Positions 56,619 to 62,183 of a DNA stretch of 62,183 nt are shown here, piece by piece. The notes below the pieces were generated by a model. The model did not search any database, was not told where the DNA came from, and was given only the letters and a program-made list of their open reading frames with translations. Numbering within the stretch: position 1 is the stretch's first letter; each line of letters begins with the position of its first letter. The position numbers and the translations under genes are program-made. The DNA lies in NCBI GenBank assembly GCA_947040945.1, contig CAMRCO010000001.1:1-62183 (forward strand). Direction: 5' to 3'. The stretch comes from an uncultured Spirochaetia bacterium (GTDB lineage Bacteria; Spirochaetota; Brachyspiria; Brachyspirales; Brachyspiraceae).

Positions 56619-58808
56619 CTAATATTTACGTCCTCTATCATTACCACCACGGTTTCTGTCGCCACCGCCACCACCACGATTTCTGTCATTACTACTAGTT
56701 CTAGGTGGAGCTTCTCTTTCAACGTAGCCCTCAGGTTTTTCAAGTAATGCTTTAAGACTTAACCCATATTTACCACCAGAAACTGTGATAACTTTAACAT
56801 CAACTTTATCACCAATGTTAAGAACATCCTCAACATTAGAAACTCTACTGTAAGCAAGTTCTGATATATGACAAAGCCCTTCAATTCCAGGTAACACTTC
56901 TATAAAAGCACCAAACTCTTTAATGTCTTTTACAAGACCATTATATGTTTCACCTAGTTCAGGCTCTCTTGTGTAGGCTTTTATTTTTTCAATAGTCTCT
57001 TCTAAAGCTGCACCATTTGCAGCAAAAATATTTACAGTTCCATTATCGTTTATTTCAACATCACTACCTGTCTCTTCAATTATACCTTTAATGTTTTTTC
57101 CACCGGGACCTATTAATACTCTTATTTTTTCAGGATTAACATTTATAGATAAAAACTTAGGGGCATCATTTGAAACATCATTTGCTACCGCTATAGTTTT
57201 ATCCATTGAGTCAAGTATGAAAAGTCTTGCTTTTTTAGCTTGCTCTAAAGCCTCTCTAAGTATTTCTACTGAAATTCCTGTGAGTTTAATATCAAGCTGA
57301 AATGCTGTAATACCTTGTCTTGTACCAGCTACCTTAAAGTCCATATCACCTAAATGATCTTCAACTCCTTGAATATCAGTAAGAATTTTATAACCATCTT
57401 TATATGTAGCAAGTCCCATAGCGATACCCGCAACACTAGACTTAAGCGGAACACCTGCTGAAAGTAAAGATAAAGTTGAGGCACAAATTGTTGCCATTGA
57501 TGACGAACCATTGCTTTCAAGTATTTCAGCTACAACCCTTACTGTATAAGGAAAAATATCTCTTTTAGGAAGTACCGCACTGAAAGAACGTTCAGCCAAA
57601 TTACCATGACCTATTTCACGGCGACCCGGTGCTCCATATCTACCGCATTCTCCAACAGAAAATGGAGGGAAATTATAATGTAGCATAAATGTTTTATTTT
57701 CTTTACCATAAATGTCATCCATAAGTTGTGAGTCTTTTTCACTTCCTAAAGTAACTATTGACAAACATTGAGTTTGCCCACGAGTGAAAAGTCCTGCTCC
57801 ATGAACACGAGGAATAACACCTATTTTTGAATCAAGACTACGTATTTCATCACACTTTCTGCCATCAGGACGTACCCCATCAACAACTATTGCCTCACGA
57901 ACAACAGTTTCTTCTATTGTATGACATATCGCAGGTATTTGAGAAAGTAATTTTTCATCCTCAATTTTATCCGCAAAATGTTTAGCTACACTTTTGTAAG
58001 CATCTGACATGCATTCATTTCTTTTTGTTTTATCAGGATTCTGATTAGCAGCAGCTATTATATCAGTTCCATATTTAGTAACCTCTTCAACAAGCTCTTT
58101 ATTAAGCTCGAAAACAGGCATTTCAATTTTTTCAGTTCCACAAAGTTTAGCAAGTTCTTCTTGCATATCTATGTACTTTTGCATTTCTTTATGAGCTAAC
58201 TCAATAGCACCTATAAAAATATCCTCAGATACTTCGGTAGCTTCACCTTCTATCATCAGAATAGCATCTCTGCTTCCAGCGACAACTATATCAAGTTCAC
58301 TGTCTACAAGTTCTGAAATTTTAGGATTAACAATATATTCACCATTTTTATACCCAATTCTAATTCCAGCAATAGGTCCTGCAAAAGGTATCCATGATAT
58401 TGTTAATGCGGCAGATACTGCTATTAAAGCTAGAGCCTCTGTTGTAGTATCTGAATCAATGGATAAAACTGTTGGTATAACTTGAACTTCGTTTCTAAAA
58501 CCCTCTGGAAATAGTGGACGAATTGGTCTATCTATAATCCTTGAAGTTAAAACTTCTTTATCTCTAGGTTTAGCTTCTCTCTTAAAGAAACCACCGGGAA
58601 TTTTACCACCAGCATAATACTTCTCATTGTAGTTTACTGTTAATGGAAAAAAACTAGCATCTAGATTTGGCTCTTTAGAAGCCACAACTGTAGCAAGTAT
58701 AGTTGTATTTCCTAAACGAAGTGTAACAGAACCATGCGCTTGCTTTGCAAGTAATCCAGTTTCTAAAATAAGTTCCTCACCACAAAAATTAGCTTTAACG
58801 CTTATCAT
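56619..58808 (-). CDS. pnp: polyribonucleotide nucleotidyltransferase (PNPase) with an Arg/Gly-rich C-terminal tail
   Basis: Two RNase PH domains, KH (GPGGKNIKGI) and S1 (GLVKDIKEFGAFIE). The start at ATG 58808 (MISVKANF) has aaggggga 6 nt upstream. The track start at 58832 is TTG. Confidence 0.95.
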   Translation of the reverse strand: MISVKANFCGEELILETGLLAKQAHGSVTLRLGNTTILATVVASKEPNLDASFFPLTVNYNEKYYAGGKIPGGFFKREAKPRDKEVLTSRIIDRPIRPLFPEGFRNEVQVIPTVLSIDSDTTTEALALIAVSAALTISWIPFAGPIAGIRIGYKNGEYIVNPKISELVDSELDIVVAGSRDAILMIEGEATEVSEDIFIGAIELAHKEMQKYIDMQEELAKLCGTEKIEMPVFELNKELVEEVTKYGTDIIAAANQNPDKTKRNECMSDAYKSVAKHFADKIEDEKLLSQIPAICHTIEETVVREAIVVDGVRPDGRKCDEIRSLDSKIGVIPRVHGAGLFTRGQTQCLSIVTLGSEKDSQLMDDIYGKENKTFMLHYNFPPFSVGECGRYGAPGRREIGHGNLAERSFSAVLPKRDIFPYTVRVVAEILESNGSSSMATICASTLSLLSAGVPLKSSVAGIAMGLATYKDGYKILTDIQGVEDHLGDMDFKVAGTRQGITAFQLDIKLTGISVEILREALEQAKKARLFILDSMDKTIAVANDVSNDAPKFLSINVNPEKIRVLIGPGGKNIKGIIEETGSDVEINDNGTVNIFAANGAALEETIEKIKAYTREPELGETYNGLVKDIKEFGAFIEVLPGIEGLCHISELAYSRVSNVEDVLNIGDKVDVKVITVSGGKYGLSLKALLEKPEGYVEREAPPRTSSNDRNRGGGGGDRNRGGNDRGRKY

Positions 58809-58879
58809 ACTCGTCCCCCTTGATTTAACCAATCCCTATATCTTGCAAGCAAAAATGCATATAATATATCTAATTTCAA

Positions 58880-59149
58880 TTATTTTCTTAAATTAAGTCT
58901 TTGTATTAAAGTCTTATAAGATTCTAAGTCAGTATTTCTTAAATAACTAAGCAGTTTACGGCGTCTAGCAACCATTTTAAGAAGACCTCTTCTTGAGTGA
59001 TTATCTTTAGTATGTTTTCTAAAGTGACCTGTAAGATAGCTTATACGATTTGTAAGAAGTGCAACTTGAACTTCTGCTGAACCTGTATCGTTTTCACTTC
59101 TACCAAACTCTTTAATTATTTTTGATTTTTCTTCTGCTACAATAGACAT
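58880..59149 (-). CDS. rpsO: 30S ribosomal protein S15
   Basis: 89 aa. [48 protein letters not shown]. Confidence 0.95.
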   Translation of the reverse strand: MSIVAEEKSKIIKEFGRSENDTGSAEVQVALLTNRISYLTGHFRKHTKDNHSRRGLLKMVARRRKLLSYLRNTDLESYKTLIQRLNLRK

Positions 59150-59223
59150 TTTCTTCTCCTTTGAAGTAACTAATAATATTTATTTTTATTTTTTTAATAA
59201 TAACCATGAACAAACTAATACAT

Positions 59224-60144
59224 TTACTTATCATCAAACTTTAATGCTTTCCCCTTGAAATACTTAATAGCATTCACTTTATCAACTTTAAGTAATTCTT
59301 TTAAACTCTCAAGTGAGTCTAACTTTATATTTTCTCTACTATACTTCATAAGTTTAATATATATAACTTTTCCATATAGATCATAATTAAAGTCTAGTAA
59401 ATGAGCTTCAAGCCTAACACCTTCATTGAGATTGCTAGAGCCTATAAAAATCATTGCCTTATAAACTTCCATAAAACCATCAACACGAACCAATCCAAAA
59501 TAAGCACCATCTCTAGGCATAAACACTTTATCTGCTATGTAAAGATTAGCTGTAGGGCATCCTATAGTCCTACCAATTTTTTTTCCAACCTCAACAATAC
59601 CCGAAAGTATGTAATCACGTTCAAGCATTTTAGAAACTGACAAAATATCACCAAGCTCTAAATACTTAAAAACATTAGTAGTTGAAATTTTCTCTTTATT
59701 GTAGATACTAAACTCTACTATATTAACATCGACATTATTTTTCTTGCCGTACTCTCTTAAAAGATTAACATCTCCTGATTTGTTATTACCAAACATAAAA
59801 TCAGGACCTGTAGCAATAGAAACCATTTTATAGTTCTCTATTAAGTTTAAGAAAAAAACATCTGAAGTTATTTTATAGAATTTTTCTGAAAAGTCAATAA
59901 CTATAATATAGTTTATACCAATAAACTTAATATGCTCTATGTTCTCGTCAAAGTTATATATAGTTTTGTTTTTCTTTTTTAATACTATCGCAATAGATAA
60001 AAGATCATTTTTTTTAGCATGCTCAACAACATAACTTAAAAGTTTTTGATGCCCCTTATGAACACCATCAAACTTACCAATAGTTACAATACTATTTTTA
60101 TTAGACTCTATTTTTGAAAAACCGTTTACTATAATGCTATTCAT
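59224..60144 (-). CDS. ribF: bifunctional riboflavin kinase / FAD synthetase
   Basis: IGKFDGVHKGHQKLL, and a C-terminal kinase half GRTIGCPTANL...EAHLLDF. The start at ATG 60144 (MNSIIV) overlaps the upstream gene's stop by 8 nt. Confidence 0.9.
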   Translation of the reverse strand: MNSIIVNGFSKIESNKNSIVTIGKFDGVHKGHQKLLSYVVEHAKKNDLLSIAIVLKKKNKTIYNFDENIEHIKFIGINYIIVIDFSEKFYKITSDVFFLNLIENYKMVSIATGPDFMFGNNKSGDVNLLREYGKKNNVDVNIVEFSIYNKEKISTTNVFKYLELGDILSVSKMLERDYILSGIVEVGKKIGRTIGCPTANLYIADKVFMPRDGAYFGLVRVDGFMEVYKAMIFIGSSNLNEGVRLEAHLLDFNYDLYGKVIYIKLMKYSRENIKLDSLESLKELLKVDKVNAIKYFKGKALKFDDK

Positions 60145-61153
60145 AATAATTTTTAAATTTAAATACTTGATCAAATATGAAAGCAAAAACATTTAAAAGA
60201 ACACCTATCGAAATTAGTAAAACAGATAAAAGTCCAAAGTTTAATGATTTTATAATTTTATCTATACTAAATATATTTACAAGAAGTATAAGATTCAGTT
60301 CAAATGAAGCACATAAAACTATAGCAATTAATATATTATAAAACAAATGAACAGGGGTTGATAAAGAATCTACAATTGAATATGCACCTAATAACAGTGA
60401 AAATAATATTATAAACAAAACAATTATAAATGGAATAGAGTTTTTACTATTCAGAAAAGTATTGAATATTACATTAGCAATATAGAAAGTAACCCCTTTT
60501 GAGAGTGTTTTTTGTATATATGTTCTATCATCTGATTCTCCCAAATCTGAAAGCGAAATTGTTTTTATTTTTTTTGATTCCATATCAGTAAAGTTAAAAA
60601 CATCAACATCATTAATTTCAGATCCATTAGGAGTTATTAAACCATTATTTGCTTTATAAATAATTCTTTCTGAATCACTTTTTGATATTACTATATTGCT
60701 GTACAAATTATTACCTATATCATTTCTAGCATAAACTATATACTCATCAAAAATATTGAACTTACCTTCTTCTATATTTAAAGAACCTGTATAATCTATA
60801 AGTCTATTGTTTTCTATGTCTGTACTCAAGAGAGCATTACTTTCAAAAATATTATTAATAAATCCATCAGAAAAATATATAGAAAAAGAATATACTAAAA
60901 TTAGCATGAATGAAAAAATAAAAATAGAAAATACTAAACTTACACCTTTAACCATTTTGTAAGTTGCTGCGAGAAACATCATTGTTACAATAGACGTTAC
61001 AAAAGCTATTATAAAAAAGTGCATCACAGCATTAGACAAAATACTTAAATAGTTTTCTTGTTTAAAAAACAATAGAGAATAAATTACTGAAGTTATAATA
61101 AAAAATATAGAAAAATATTTAGTTATTTTAGCAACATTTTTAAAAGTACGCAT
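60137..61153 (-). CDS. hypothetical polytopic membrane protein
   Basis: 338 aa. 3 N-terminal and about 3 C-terminal hydrophobic spans flank a ~130-aa soluble segment. The topology is reminiscent of LptF/G, but no motif support. Confidence 0.5.
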   Translation of the reverse strand: MRTFKNVAKITKYFSIFFIITSVIYSLLFFKQENYLSILSNAVMHFFIIAFVTSIVTMMFLAATYKMVKGVSLVFSIFIFSFMLILVYSFSIYFSDGFINNIFESNALLSTDIENNRLIDYTGSLNIEEGKFNIFDEYIVYARNDIGNNLYSNIVISKSDSERIIYKANNGLITPNGSEINDVDVFNFTDMESKKIKTISLSDLGESDDRTYIQKTLSKGVTFYIANVIFNTFLNSKNSIPFIIVLFIILFSLLLGAYSIVDSLSTPVHLFYNILIAIVLCASFELNLILLVNIFSIDKIIKSLNFGLLSVLLISIGVLLNVFAFIFDQVFKFKNYYE

Positions 61154-61259
61154 AACTTGATTATACTTGAAAGAAGAAATAAAGTAAACACCATACTACA
61201 TCTCAAGTATTACTAGTTAGCTCACTTTTTTATTAATATTATTGATTTATGAGTATTAT

Positions 61260-61607
61260 TTAAGACTTCATTATATCTTCAAAACATGAGATTTGAGAAA
61301 AACAAGAACCTAGCCCTAAGAGACAAAATTCGTGCTTCACAAAACCAGATATATTAGATATAAAAAGATTACCACCCAAACGAGTAATATATGACTTGAG
61401 CTCAACAAGAGAGAACCAAACATCTTTTTCTATATAACTTAGGTCACTTAAGTCTAGAAATATATTTATTTCACCTTCATCTATATAATTATTTATAGCT
61501 GAAACCATGCTAGGAATATTTTCAGCCCCGAGTGAGCCTTTGAAAGCTAAAACAGCAACATTAAATGCATCAGATGCATATATATAATCACTAATAATAA
61601 TACTCAT
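61260..61607 (-). CDS. STAS-domain-like protein (anti-sigma-factor-antagonist fold)
   Basis: 115 aa. VAVLAFKGSLGAENIPSMVSAINNYIDEGEINIFLDLSDLSYIEKD...LGGNLFISNISGFV fits the SpoIIAA-like layout. The usual phospho-Ser context is not evident. Confidence 0.5.
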   Translation of the reverse strand: MSIIISDYIYASDAFNVAVLAFKGSLGAENIPSMVSAINNYIDEGEINIFLDLSDLSYIEKDVWFSLVELKSYITRLGGNLFISNISGFVKHEFCLLGLGSCFSQISCFEDIMKS

Positions 61608-61616
61608 TGTGAGTGT

Positions 61617-61644
61617 ATATTACCATAAACCGCATTTTTGTCAA
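61617..61644 (-). promoter_or_regulatory. candidate promoter of the STAS gene (near-leaderless)
   Basis: The minus strand reads TTGACA (61644-61639), 16 nt, TAATAT (61622-61617), then only 9 nt (acactcaca, no SD) before ATG 61607. Confidence 0.3.
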
Positions 61645-61711
61645 CTATAATGCATTTTTTGTAACAAATATCCAATTATAGAAGCACTATAGAAGTATTT
61701 CTACGTTTTTA

Positions 61712-61739
61712 TTGATAAAACTCTAACATTTAGTATAAT
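61712..61739 (+). promoter_or_regulatory. candidate promoter of the partial outer-membrane protein gene
   Basis: TTGATA (61712-61717), 16 nt, TATAAT (61734-61739), about 90 nt upstream of the ATG. Confidence 0.35.
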
Positions 61740-61832
61740 TAAACTGTATAATATTAGAATAAAAAAATAAATATTTTAAGTTAGTCCAAAACTTAATTTA
61801 CACACACCCTGAGGACTCAAGGAGTTTATAGA

Positions 61833-62183
61833 ATGAAAAAAATTATATTGATATTTACACTTGCATTAGTGATTCAAACTAAAGCATTCACTCAATTTGA
61901 AATGAACATTACAGTACCTTTTGGAGCAAGTTTTATTTTGCCATACGCTGATGGAGCTGATGACGGCATGGTGCAACTTAAACCCTACAACATAGACTAC
62001 AGAAATATTGAAACAGCAATTAATTTAAATATTGGAGTCTTAATGCAAATAGGCGGTAGCTTTGACTTGAGCAACGAAACAGGTGTTACAAGCATTAGTT
62101 TGCTTGCTGACATAGGTTATTATTTAAAATCATTTGATGTCGGAGTTATGTTTGGTATTTCTTTTGGACGACCAGAGCCTAGA
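61833..62183 (+). CDS. putative outer-membrane beta-barrel protein (5' part; runs off the window)
   Basis: aaggag SD. Signal peptide MKKIILIFTLALVIQTKAFTQ, then alternating beta-strand-like segments. Open to the window end (117 codons). Confidence 0.5.
   Translation, partial: MKKIILIFTLALVIQTKAFTQFEMNITVPFGASFILPYADGADDGMVQLKPYNIDYRNIETAINLNIGVLMQIGGSFDLSNETGVTSISLLADIGYYLKSFDVGVMFGISFGRPEPR

Noticed and set aside
58809-58832. Longer N-terminal extensions suggested by the ORF track: pnp from TTG 58832, the ankyrin gene from TTG 17407, ribF from 60192, the PepSY-like gene from TTG 48131, and sigma from 22236.
   Set aside because: In each case a downstream ATG has a well-spaced SD (aagggg, aaagg, aggag or gaggt) and gives a family-typical N-terminus. 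The upstream starts lack an SD or overlap the preceding gene extensively.
1-62183. Scan for tRNA/rRNA/tmRNA genes, IS elements, integrases, phage genes, restriction-modification or other known defence modules.
   Set aside because: I found no T-loop-type GTTCGAATC contexts outside coding sequence, no GC-rich structured RNA-sized islands, no transposase, integrase or recombinase-like ORFs, and no terminal inverted repeats. YraN, RNase HII, RuvB and SNF2 are in housekeeping contexts.

Overview
Strongly AT-rich bacterial chromosomal segment. Gene content suggests a Brachyspira-like spirochaete: spirochaete-style lipoboxes, a very large ankyrin-repeat lipoprotein, a membrane pyrophosphatase and a fused 2-oxoacid:ferredoxin oxidoreductase. 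This is inference only; no database search was possible, and all family calls rest on motifs read by eye. There are about 60 protein genes, mostly on the minus strand. Housekeeping blocks are NhaC-argH, fba, ECF sigma/anti-sigma-clpC, hppA, rnhB...yraN, LptC/LptA-like, M23-ruvB-sdaAA/AB, OFOR and pnp-rpsO-ribF. They alternate with accessory stretches rich in predicted lipoproteins (11.1-20.7 kb) and orphan ORFs. I recognised no rRNA, tRNA, CRISPR array, transposase, integrase or phage genes. I found no convincing self-contained multi-gene novel system such as a defence island. The best-supported unusual structures are: (1) A tandem duplication of an ABC solute-binding lipoprotein gene with a 1311-bp perfectly identical tract. 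Its junction carries a 79-bp relic of a gene 2 kb away, a 10-nt microhomology and a cluster of 13 substitutions. A single DUF4279 gene is exactly the segment missing from one repeat unit. (2) A structured leader upstream of a MATE efflux gene, with a 24-codon uORF behind a near-perfect SD, a hairpin and a 45-nt G-free C-rich tract starting at the uORF stop. (3) A patch of gene remnants around an intact orphan ORF. (4) Several enzyme homologues with substituted catalytic motifs (Fpg/Nei-like, PanC-like) or unexpected localisation (lipoprotein-type SAM hydroxide adenosyltransferase). (5) A G8 homopolymer inside sdaAB. (6) Unannotated small ORFs, including a 29-aa highly basic peptide after fba. 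(7) An Arg/Gly-rich tail on PNPase.
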